Assembly: GCF_006345805.1 (NCBI RefSeq)
Contig: NC_043017.1
Location: forward strand, 8,060,001 to 8,124,000
Source of the DNA: Octopus sinensis
Lineage: Eukaryota
DNA: 64,000 nt
Direction of reading: 5' to 3'
Position 1 is the stretch's first letter. Each line of letters opens with the position of its first letter. This document shows positions 56,286 to 64,000 of the stretch, in pieces. The notes beneath the pieces are model-generated. The model ran no database searches. It saw only the letters and a program-made list of their open reading frames with translations, and had not been told where the DNA came from. A program made the position numbers and the translations under genes.

Positions 56286-59200
56286 TTCCTTCACTCTGTC
56301 TCCCTCTCTCTATCCCCTCCCCCACCTCTCTCTCTTGTGTCATATTCTTGAAAATTTTATATCAGATGATTTGACTGAGTGATGCTTTCTAACATAGGAA
56401 CAATGCCACTGTAGTGACGAGTAATTAATTTATCAGTCTAGGAAAGATGAAAGGCAAAGTTGAGTCCTGGTGGGAATTGAGCTTAGAGTGTAAAGGTGCA
56501 ATAAAATGACTTGAGGTTAGGTCTGACATTTTACTCATTCAACGAAATAATGATTTCTAATATAGGCACAAGACCACAACCTTGGAAGAGGATATGGTCG
56601 ATTATATCGGAGAAGATGTAGATGTCAGAGTTGAGAGCAATGTATTAATTTCAATGGTTCTTTTATTTTCTATGTACCTGCAGAAGTGTAGACCATCAAT
56701 TTACCTATTGATATTGTAGTTCAAAATACTTAAACAAGATGTTTCTGACCCACCCCCGCCCACTCTCCCACCTCCTTCTGTCCCCCACCGAAAGCATTGG
56801 TAAAGTACAGGTTTGGATTAACAAATAGTTACAGGGAATATATATAAATGCATACAAACCTATATAAATACACACACACGCACACACATTGCATATGTAA
56901 AATATGATAGAAAGAAAATGGGTGAGATGCTGTGCAAACAAGTTGTGGTGCTTCACAGGTGCAGATATGACTCGTCAGGTGACTTGTCAAAAGATACCTC
57001 ATTTTTTAAATCTGTTTCATTTATTTCTATTAGAATACATTTTGGCAGTTGTAGTTCACTACTCGTCTATATGAGGAACTACAAGTTTCAGTTGAATGAA
57101 TCAACCCCCAGTACTTTTTTCTCAAGCCTGGTACTTATTCTATTGATATCTTTTGTTGAACTGCTAAGTCAAAGGAGATGTAACCACACCAGCATTGGTT
57201 GTCAAGAAGTGGTGAGGGACAAACACAGATACAAAGACACACACACAAATATATATATGACAAGCTTCTTTCAGTTTCCATCTACCAGGCCCACTCATAA
57301 GGCTTTTGGTCAGCCTGAGGCTATAGTAGAAGACACTTAGCCAAGGTACTGCACAATGGAACTGAACCCGGAACCATGTGGTTGGGAAGCAAACTTCTTA
57401 CCACACAGCCAACGTGTATCTGTGTTTGAGCTTGTATCCCCTTTGACAACTGATGTGGATTTGTTTATGTTCCCCATAACTTCATCAATTCAGTGAAAGA
57501 GACCACTGAAATAAGTACTTGACTTAAAAACATGTGTCGTGGTCAGTTTTGTTGATTTTTAAACCCTTCAGGGCTGTGCTCTAGTATGGCCACTGTCCTA
57601 TGACTAAAACTAGTAAAAGATAAGAGAAAGATTTGAAAGATGCACTTCGTATGCAAACAAGATATATTTACACACTTCAAATGCAAATAAAATATATTCA
57701 TACACTTTAAATGTAAACGAAATATATTTGAGCATGTCAAATGTAAACAAAATACATTTTATTTATACACTTCTATTTATGTACTTGGTTTTATACGAAT
57801 TGAAAACACTGAGAAAAACAGTAAGAAATCTCAAAAGAGCATTTCTATAAAATTCAAAAGGCTGTTGCATTAATGATTTCAAGAATGAAAATGTCATCCA
57901 CATGCAAACAACATATATTTATGTTTATCATTTGAGATGAAAACATTTTAAGAAGATAAAAGAGTACAATACTAATGCTCTCAATACTCGCATTAACTTC
58001 AGGTATGGTTGTGTGTTTAAGAAGCTTGCTTCCCAACCATTTTGGGTTCAATCCCATTGTGTAGTACCACAGGCAAAATGTCTTTCACTATAGCTCCAGG
58101 CTGGCGAAAGCCCTGAAAGTAGATTTGGTAGATGGAAACTGGAAAAAGTTTATTGTACATATATGTATATGTGCAGGGCCAGATTAAGACCCATAGAAGT
58201 TTTAAGTACTTAATAGAATTTGGTGCCCCCATATACATGTAATTCAAAATATAAACAATAATTCTTTTTTCTTTTACTTTCTTCAGTCATTTGACTGTGG
58301 CCATGCTGGAGGCTTTTAGTCAATCAAAGCCATGAAGAGTTTTAGTCAAACAAATCGAGCCCAGGACTTATTTCTTAAGCCTAGAACTTATTCTATCAGT
58401 CCTTTTTGCCAAGCTGCTAAGTTATGGAAATGTAACACACCAACAGCGTTTGTCAAGTGATGATGTGGGAACAAACACAGACACCAAGACATACACACAT
58501 AGATATCATCATCATCATCATCATCATCATTTAGCATCCGCTTTCCATGCTAGCATGGGTTGGACGGTTCAACTGGGGTCTGTGAAGCCAGAAGGCTGCA
58601 TCAGGCCCAGTCTGATCTGGCAGTGTTTCTATGGCTGGATGCCCTTCCTAACGCCAACCACTCCGTGAGTGTAGTGGGTGCTTTTTACGTGCCACCCGCA
58701 CAGGTGCCAGATGGAGCTGGCAAACGGCCACGAACGGATGGTGCTTTTACATGCCACCAGCACGGGGGCCAGGCGAGGCTGGCAACGGACACGAACGGAT
58801 GGTGCTTTTACGTGCCACCGGCACGGAGGCCAGTTGGGGTGGCGCTGGCAACGGCCACGATTGGATGGTTCGCTTAACCACAGCTGCAATTTCCATTGAT
58901 GTTGATCGACTTCGATTTTGGTTCTGCTTTCTGATATCTGATTTGATTTGGTTTGATTTTGATTTTGATTTTGATTTGATTTGATTTTCACTTATCTCAA
59001 TGGGTCATATATATCTATGTTTTTGTTTTTGTAAATTTTTTTTTTTTTTGTGCTGTAGCTCATCCTTCAATATTGACCTCCACGTCTTGGGCCTTGTGGC
59101 CAATAAAAGAAATTATTATTATTTACCATCAGATCTCATAAAAGATGTTTATTTTCAGGAAGATATCTTAAATGCCAAGATTGCCAGTGAGAAAAAAGTG

Positions 59201-60192
59201 AGAGATTTGAAAGAAGAACTTCAGAAACTGCAAAAAGAATTGGCCGATGCTGAAACACTACTGAAATTGGTGAGAATTCCAATCTCCTCTAATGCCTTTA
59301 TCATCTGATATGTTGTTATTCTATAACCCTAGGTTAGTTCTGCTTCGGTGGATCTTTGATCAAAGGCATTCTAGTCTCGACTATTTAATCTTTTTTTTCT
59401 AATGTAGTTTTCTAAAACTACATCATCCAATGTACCCTTCTTACTTTTTAAAACAGTTGGGTTAGCTTAGTGGTTAGGGCATTCACTTCACAATCATAAG
59501 GTTCTGAGTTCAATTCTTGGCAGTATATTGTTCTCTTGAGCAATTCACTTTATTCCACATTACACCAGTTCACTCAGCTGGCAAAAATGTCACATTTTGT
59601 GTCATGAAAACTGGAGTTCATAGCCAAAGTTTGGTCCTGCAATGCCAGTATAGTACTTTCAGTCTCTCTTTTTAGGGTTCCTTTCATCAGCCAATCCCCC
59701 CTATTTTTTCCAGCAACTTCTGTTGTGGCTACCTGGAGTTAATTGCATTGACCCTTCTTGCGTAATTCTTTTTCATGTCCTTTTTGTACTTCTTCCTTTG
59801 TTTTCCCCATTTTCTCAGCTCTCAATACTCCCTCATTCCTAACTGGCACTAGCAAGGTTTCCCTACTTTGGGTTAGGTATCTCATTAAGCTCTTGAGTTC
59901 GATACACACGCAGTCTTCTACACTTATCAGTCCCCTTCCTCCATTTACTCTCTTCATGTATAGCCGATCAGTATCTGCACGTGGATGATGGGCTCCATGC
60001 ATCGTTAGGAGCTTTCCTGACTTCTTGTTCATCTCCTTTAGCTCTTCTTCTGTCCACTTCAGGAGTCCAGTGCCATAACGAACGACTGTGACTGCGTGCG
60101 AGTTTATTGCTGAAATTATGTTTCTGGCATTGACCTTTGAAGTCAATATTTTTCTCACTCACTGCAGGTCTCTTTTTTTGTCTTTTATTATC

Positions 60193-60261
<69 letters not shown>

Positions 60262-60688
60262 TATTATTATTGTTGTTGTTGTTACTTTTTTTTTATTAAT
60301 GGAGGTGGTGTCAGAATTGTTATTGTATTGGAAAAAAATGCTTACTGACATTTGTTCAAGCTTTATGTTCTGAGTTCAAATTCTGCCAAGGCAAACATTG
60401 CCTTTTGTCTTTTTAGGATCTTTAAAATAAATAGAAGTTAATTACTTGGGTGGATGTGATCAACTAGTCTCTTCTCCCAGCATTGCAGGCCTTGTGCCAG
60501 AATTAGAAAGGATGATTATTATTATTATTATTATTATTATCTGTGTTGCTTAGGAGAAACAGAAAGCATTCAGTAAAAGTGTTGTCTACGAGTCTCCGGA
60601 TAACAGTGAAGGAAGCATGAACAGTGAAGAAAAACGATTGTTTGAGGAACTTCAAAGAGAACTGGTGGATCTAAGAGACGAATGCTTG
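23128..60688 (+). CDS. CNTRL: Centriolin (CNTRL/CEP110-like), multi-exon gene, 3'-incomplete; 18 coding exons, ~990 aa in window
   Basis: The spliced translation contains VRYLTEELIKKVSKQDNLTLITTLNLTLSKDSGKKIKYIENL, SDS22-type LRRs, LRRcap (NPLAELPHSRLYVIFHIRTLDILDG), RACEKHYQLEQELAFYKIDAKF and ESPYIGK. These closely match vertebrate centriolin as I recall it. All junctions are GT-AG and in phase. Confidence 0.93.
24050..24460 (+). mobile_element. Decayed restriction-like-endonuclease LINE (R4/Dong-like) C-terminal remnant
   Basis: LENVSVKIL.NVSI.TDH...KPDIILHDK...EIAIP...IIPFVIS resembles the RLE domain. Confidence 0.6.
26441..26565 (+). CDS. CNTRL: Centriolin coding exon 2 (GSTVGVRYLTEEL...SGKKIK)
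   Basis: ttatttacag| ... AAA|gtaagt; conserved pre-LRR motif. Confidence 0.95.
26650..27000 (-). mobile_element. RTE-clade LINE RT fragment
   Basis: LDFIVDIALL (decayed LDFADD), LRINFKKMKAM, FAYLS, CRMGK. Confidence 0.75.
27255..27527 (+). CDS. CNTRL: Centriolin coding exon 3 (LRRs: YIENLDSLKNLQTMNLSGNLIEKIE...)
   Basis: ccacag| ... TCT|gtaagt; 91 codons; LxxLxLxxNxIxxIE repeats. Confidence 0.96.
28308..28494 (+). CDS. CNTRL: Centriolin coding exon 4 (last LRR + LRRcap)
   Basis: ttcacag| ... ATGG|gtgagc; LNELSRLKPLPDL...KERFSM. Confidence 0.95.
29096..29289 (+). CDS. CNTRL: Centriolin coding exon 5 (coiled coil start)
   Basis: tttctag| ... TTG|gtaagt; EEIIKLEK...KNEL. Confidence 0.93.
29445..30977 (+). 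mobile_element. Composite SINE-like retroposon with internal 62-bp minisatellite and higher-order duplications; (GAT)n tail
   Basis: Period 62 (ccatccgag at 30559, 30621, 30683, 30745); 29490-29770 recurs at ~30135-30410; 3' end ggttggcgttaggaagggcatccagc...(gat)n. Confidence 0.85.
31706..31837 (+). CDS. CNTRL: Centriolin coding exon 6 (LKKKTKELHRACEKHYQLEQELAFYKIDAKF...)
   Basis: ttcag| ... CTC|gtgagt; highly conserved centriolin motif. Confidence 0.95.
32650..32880 (+). mobile_element. Young tRNA-derived SINE (Meta-like core)
   Basis: ggcggtgagctggcag...gagttcaaattcc (B box)...ctttcatcctttcggggttgataaa; CpGs retained; closely similar to 62463-62690. Confidence 0.85.
33239..33500 (+). CDS. 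CNTRL: Centriolin coding exon 7 (ESPYIGK, Gln-rich stretch)
   Basis: cctaaaag| ... TCTG|gtaagt; the open frame differs from the frame given in the ORF track. Confidence 0.9.
33697..33863 (+). CDS. CNTRL: Centriolin coding exon 8
   Basis: ctacag| ... TCT|gtaaga; open, phase 1 to 0. Confidence 0.88.
34028..34165 (+). CDS. CNTRL: Centriolin coding exon 9
   Basis: ttttag| ... TAT|gtaaga; 46 codons, open. Confidence 0.88.
35803..36020. mobile_element. Mariner-type MITE
   Basis: Inverted ends gtgctgaaaatttcctggc ... ggccagaaacttttcagcatatcctcata. Confidence 0.65.
38834..38879 (+). ncRNA. Minimal type-I hammerhead ribozyme motif (Penelope-like element associated), probably degenerate
   Basis: gacac-CTGATGA-aggctg...cagct-GAAACGTT-gtatt. 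Confidence 0.55.
39272..39425 (+). CDS. CNTRL: Centriolin coding exon 10 (IANETSEIKIMEQQL)
   Basis: ctttcag| ... AATG|gtaggt; coiled coil. Confidence 0.9.
39910..40139 (+). CDS. CNTRL: Centriolin coding exon 11 (alternative in-frame acceptor at 39931)
   Basis: Two phase-compatible AGs (39908-09, 39929-30); donor TTG|gtaaat; SDILRQNLGTMVEDLQAYM. Confidence 0.82.
40495..40725. repeat. (TATG)n microsatellite
   Basis: Seen directly. Confidence 0.97.
41720..42057 (-). mobile_element. tRNA-headed SINE (second family); related copy at 62955-63420
   Basis: Minus-strand head ggctcagtggttagagc...gttcgaatccc-like; core gtgttcttgagcaagac. Confidence 0.75.
42141..42401. repeat. Long inverted repeat (~120-bp arms, ~22-nt loop) in (TA)n
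   Basis: atctgtaaatgtaatatgtgacaattattagg... / ...cctaataattgtcacatattacatttacagat. Confidence 0.92.
42662..42838 (+). CDS. CNTRL: Centriolin coding exon 12
   Basis: cattag| ... CAG|gtttgt; 59 codons, E/Q/K-rich coiled coil. Confidence 0.88.
42980..43114 (+). CDS. CNTRL: Centriolin coding exon 13
   Basis: ttgtag| ... AAG|gttgga; 45 codons. Confidence 0.86.
43610..43744 (+). CDS. CNTRL: Centriolin coding exon 14
   Basis: ttttag| ... AAG|gtaact; 45 codons. Confidence 0.88.
45141..45269 (+). CDS. CNTRL: Centriolin coding exon 15 (DFVGQIFQDLQK)
   Basis: gaacag| ... AAG|gttgag; 43 codons. Confidence 0.85.
45844..46690 (-). mobile_element. Tc1-family (DD34E) transposon, 5'-truncated, IR/DR-type end
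   Basis: TVKFRGRSVMVWVCF, FPQDDNSKH, SQSPDLNPIENLW; the repeat tgcaaaa.tt..caacac occurs at 45853 and 46026. Confidence 0.9.
46764..46850 (+). CDS. CNTRL: Centriolin coding exon 16
   Basis: ttttcag| ... CAG|gttagt; 29 codons. Confidence 0.85.
48857..49340 (-). mobile_element. Minus-strand copy of the minisatellite-containing SINE family
   Basis: Reverse complement of 30780-30977 plus diverged ~60-bp units. Confidence 0.8.
49417..50165 (+). mobile_element. RTE-clade LINE 3' fragment (RT end + 3' UTR)
   Basis: EKLEVVDSFHYLGDQV...WAKFRKLLPLL...RRLRWYGHV...RGRGRPRKTW. Confidence 0.92.
50500..53250. promoter_or_regulatory. Intronic CpG-retaining, promoter-like island
   Basis: CG on most lines; CCAAT (51085), CACGTG (~51109), GC boxes GGCGGG (~51529) and GGGCGG (~51702), ATGGCG(GCC) YY1-like motifs (~51629, ~52883). 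Confidence 0.45.
53685..54060 (-). mobile_element. RLE-type LINE (R2/NeSL/R4 group) C-terminus + 3' UTR
   Basis: YKFRFIHIFTGVLGYVTHCL..NLEKLGF...LIQRLQIQAITG resembles the RLE C-terminal 'P...GALG' region. Confidence 0.65.
55398..55668. repeat. Near-perfect long inverted repeat (~132-bp arms, 6-nt loop) in (TA)n
   Basis: tattagaagaaatgagg...gggttttc-aaatca-gaaaacccc...cctcatttcttctaata. Confidence 0.95.
58505..59000 (-). mobile_element. Minus-strand copy of the minisatellite-containing SINE family
   Basis: (ATC)n tail, ctggatgcccttcctaacgccaacc, ~60-bp units and (TTTGA)n, mirroring 29690-30977. Confidence 0.85.
59159..59269 (+). CDS. CNTRL: Centriolin coding exon 17
   Basis: ttttcag| ... 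TTG|gtgaga; 37 codons, coiled coil. Confidence 0.85.
59625..60170 (-). mobile_element. R4/Dong-like (RLE) LINE RT C-terminal fragment
   Basis: AINSHAV.VVRYG.G...W...EL...D/N.K..KLLTMHGAHHPRADTDRLYMKRVNGGRGL; abuts a (TAA)n/(TGA)n run. Confidence 0.85.
60554..60688 (+). CDS. CNTRL: Centriolin coding exon 18 (alternative donor at 60714)
   Basis: gcttag|GAGAAACAG...; donors TTG|gtaagg (60688) or CAG|gtatgt (60714). Confidence 0.8.
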
Positions 60689-62462
60689 GTAAGGAAGAGG
60701 AGTATATTCAACAGGTATGTTGTAACTTTTTCCTGTCTTCTTCACATGTAGTATATATATATATTATATATATATATATATATGATACTATACCAGGTCA
60801 CTAATATGTTATTGTAGCCACTTAATTAAACCCTCACTGTATTGATTAAATTTTTGCTGGTGATGTAACATGCTATTAACATGCAAATCAGTTCTCACAA
60901 CCTCTTTCTATGGGCCAGTAAAAATATAATGTGCTTACTACGTCATATGAAATGTGGAGAATTCCAGAAAGTACCCCACCATCAAAAACGAGTTAATTTG
61001 CTTCCTGTGTCTCAAGTGCATGTGCACGAAACCAAATATATTTGCTTCCTGTGCAATAATCATTAAGGCAATCAAGGATTGTGATGTTGCTTTGATGCAG
61101 TGGTTAGCACATTTTTATGGTCTACAGCAGGTGTAGTGTTCAAATACCCCAAGGGGATGATAGAACATCTTTGCATTTTCTTTTTTTTATTATTATAGAT
61201 GTATGTGTGTGTGTATGTTTTACTTCATAATTTAATGTCACCTGCTTGTAACTTTGGAAACACAAGAACTACTTGTAAATGGTTTATTGAAGTTTCTGAA
61301 GTTTATTGCTGTGTATCACAATCATCATCATCATTGTCGTTACAATTAGCATCGTCATTTTTGTCACCATCATTACCATCAGTACAATCATGACCATCAC
61401 CATTACCACCTTGATTATTTCAACCTCAACCATTACCACACCAGCATCTCAACCAGCACTGACAACATCACCACCATCCTTGCTATCTCCACCACCACCA
61501 CCACCACCTCCTCCATCTTCCTCAACATCCTTTTTCATGCTTGGCAATAAAACCAAGCTGAATGGAAATTTAAAGTACAGTGCAATATTTCATAGATTTG
61601 CTGATGTTTTTAATTAGTCTTAATTGCATAGTAACAAATTACAAAAATTTTACAATCTGGAATCAATTTGTTATCTGTGAGGAAGAAGAAAATCTCTAAT
61701 AGATTCCAGAAAGGATTTTTTCCTCCTACTCTTTTTTCTCACAGAAAAATAATTTATTCCATTTTACCTTTTATCTTTTACTTGTTTCAGTCATTGGATT
61801 GCAGCCATTTCTGAGATACAGCACTGAAGAGTTTTTACTTGAATAACTTGACCTCAATACTTATGTTTTTTTGCAAGTCTGGTCTCTTTTGCCAAACTGC
61901 TAAGTTATGGGGATGTAAACAAATCAACAATGGTAGTCAAGCAGTGGTGAGGCCAAACATAAACATAAACACACACACACATACAATATCATCATCATCA
62001 TCATCATCATTTAACGTCCATTTTCCCTGTTGGTATGGATTGCAGGCTTGACTGGAGCTGGCAAGGTCAGGGGTCACACCAGGTTCCATAGTTTGTTTTG
62101 GGTTGGTTTCTGCAGTTGGATGCCCTTCTTAACACCAACCATTTTACACATTGTACTGGGTGCTTTTTATGTGGCATCATCACCAGTACTTACACATACA
62201 CACACACACTCACACGTGTGTATGTGGTGAGCTTCCACACAGTTTCCAGCTACCAAATTCACTCACAAGGCATTTGGTCAGCCCCAAGGCTATAGTAAAA
62301 GGTTTCACACAGTGGGACTGAACCTAAGATCAAGTGGTTGGGAAGCAAGCTTTTTAACCACACAACCATGTCTATGCCTGAAGTTGAATGCATAATTCCT
62401 GTTCCCAAGTTATCTATTAATTTCATATGATATAAATATATATACATACATGTATATATACA

Positions 62463-62690
62463 CGGCGAGCTGGCAGAAACGTTAGCATGCTGGGCGAAAT
62501 GCGTAGCCGTATTTCGTCTGCCGTTATGTTGTGAATTCAAATTCCGCCGAGGTCGACTTTGCCTTTCGTCCTTTCGGGGTCGATAAATTAAGGACCAGTT
62601 ATGCACTGGGATCGATGTCATCGACTTAATCCCTTTGTCTGTCCTTGTTTGTCCCCTCTATGTTTAGCCCCTTGTGGGCAATAAAGAAAT
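62463..62690 (+). mobile_element. Young tRNA-derived SINE (Meta-like core)
   Basis: Closely similar to 32650-32880. Confidence 0.85.
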
Positions 62691-62699
62691 ATATATACA

Positions 62700-62735
<36 letters not shown>

Positions 62736-62954
62736 CAAAGCATGCATCATGTATAATGTATATAACACTTTCAAGATCCTCTTGACAATCCTTGTTTTCC
62801 CTGCCCTAGCTCGCTGCCACAGAAGCCCATGCTGCACACTGGGAATCTCAAGCCAAACAACAACAACAACAATATTCTGAAGAATTAAAAGGGAAACATT
62901 TGGAAAACAATCTGCATAAAGTAAGTAGAGTAAATAGTCTTAAAAAGTAAAGAG

Positions 62955-63420
62955 CTCCTTCAGTCATGAATAACCATGGGATTGCACCTAGAAATTTCCC
63001 CTCCTAGAAATGAGACTAGGCAAAGTTGTTTATGGAAGACCAGCAGTTGCCCATGCATACCAGCCTCCCTCTCCACACCATTATATGTACATAGGGTAAA
63101 GGGTAAAGACTCCCTTCTGTCATGAATGACCATGGGTTTGCACCAAGACAGTTCCCCTTCAAGTCACGAGTCCAGCCAAGGTTGTTTATGGAAGACCAGC
63201 CTCTCTTCTCCATGCCATCAATGTTATCCAAAGCAAAGGCAAAGGCTGATACAGCTTGGTACCAGTGACATCACAACTCATTTCTACAGCTGAGTGAACT
63301 GGAGCAACGTGAAATAAAGTGTCTTGCTCAAGAACACAACACACAGCCCAGTCCAGGAATCGAACTCATTACCTCATGATTGTGAGCCCAACGCTCTAAC
63401 CACTGAATCATGTGCCGCCT
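62955..63420 (-). mobile_element. SINE of the 41720 family with an internally duplicated 3' region
   Basis: catgaat.accatggg.ttgcacc...gttgtttatggaagaccagc occurs at ~62966 and again at ~63121. Confidence 0.75.
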
Positions 63421-64000
63421 TCATATGGTCTTAACACCTATGATATAAGCATTCTACAAATGGTGTGGTATTCACAATTTAGTTATCATGATGTACAGGC
63501 ATTCTACACACTCTACAGTATGTACAGTTTAGCCATCATTGTGCATAGGTATTCTACACTCTATGGAATGGTCATCAATGACATTTCTTCACTGTTCTTG
63601 ACTCTGGGTTGTCTTTTCAGTTGGATCCCTGCTTTTTCATCTCTCCCTCAATATCCCACCTTGAGAAAAAGCCATCTTCTCCCAAGTCTTATCACTTTTG
63701 TATTGTCATTGATGTATTTTGCCTGGCATGCTGGCAATTCTGCCAGCTCACTATCTCAATTATATCCCCATATTGAGATCAAATATTACCAGGGTCAGAA
63801 TTAGTTGTCATTTATCCTTTGGGAGTAGTGGGTTAGGGTCAGTTCATGGCTGTAGTACTTCAAGTATTTTGTGATATTTACAATCTGGTGGTTCAATTTC
63901 TGCTGAGGCCATATCTATCTTTCACCCTTTCAGTGTTAAGTATTGGACGTTAATGCTATTGTCTCACCCTTCCACTCTACTCCCCTAAAAACTCCTGTCC

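Overview
AT-rich, microsatellite- and SINE-laden eukaryotic genomic DNA. The repeat families resemble those of coleoid cephalopods (Octopus-like); this is recalled similarity, not a search result. The main gene is a plus-strand centriolin (CNTRL/CEP110) orthologue with an N-terminal leucine-rich repeat followed by a long coiled coil. I traced 18 phase-consistent GT-AG coding exons from the ATG at 23128 to about 60688 (~990 aa), and the gene runs off the right edge. A CpG-retaining promoter-like region at ~11.6-12.8 kb probably also drives a divergent minus-strand gene, with candidate exons at ~11714-11771 and 3486-3552. The rest is decayed transposons (pogo/Tigger, Tc1, mariner, hAT MITEs, Gypsy, RTE, RLE-type and other LINEs), SINEs and simple repeats. 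Most ORFs in the supplied track are spurious. I cannot demonstrate a novel multi-gene system. The best leads are: (1) a second CpG/promoter-like island inside the largest centriolin intron, with a chain of antisense splice sites; (2) two unrelated long fold-back elements embedded in (TA)n; (3) a mariner fold-back; (4) a minimal hammerhead ribozyme motif; and (5) a same-orientation SINE pile-up in (AAT)n.
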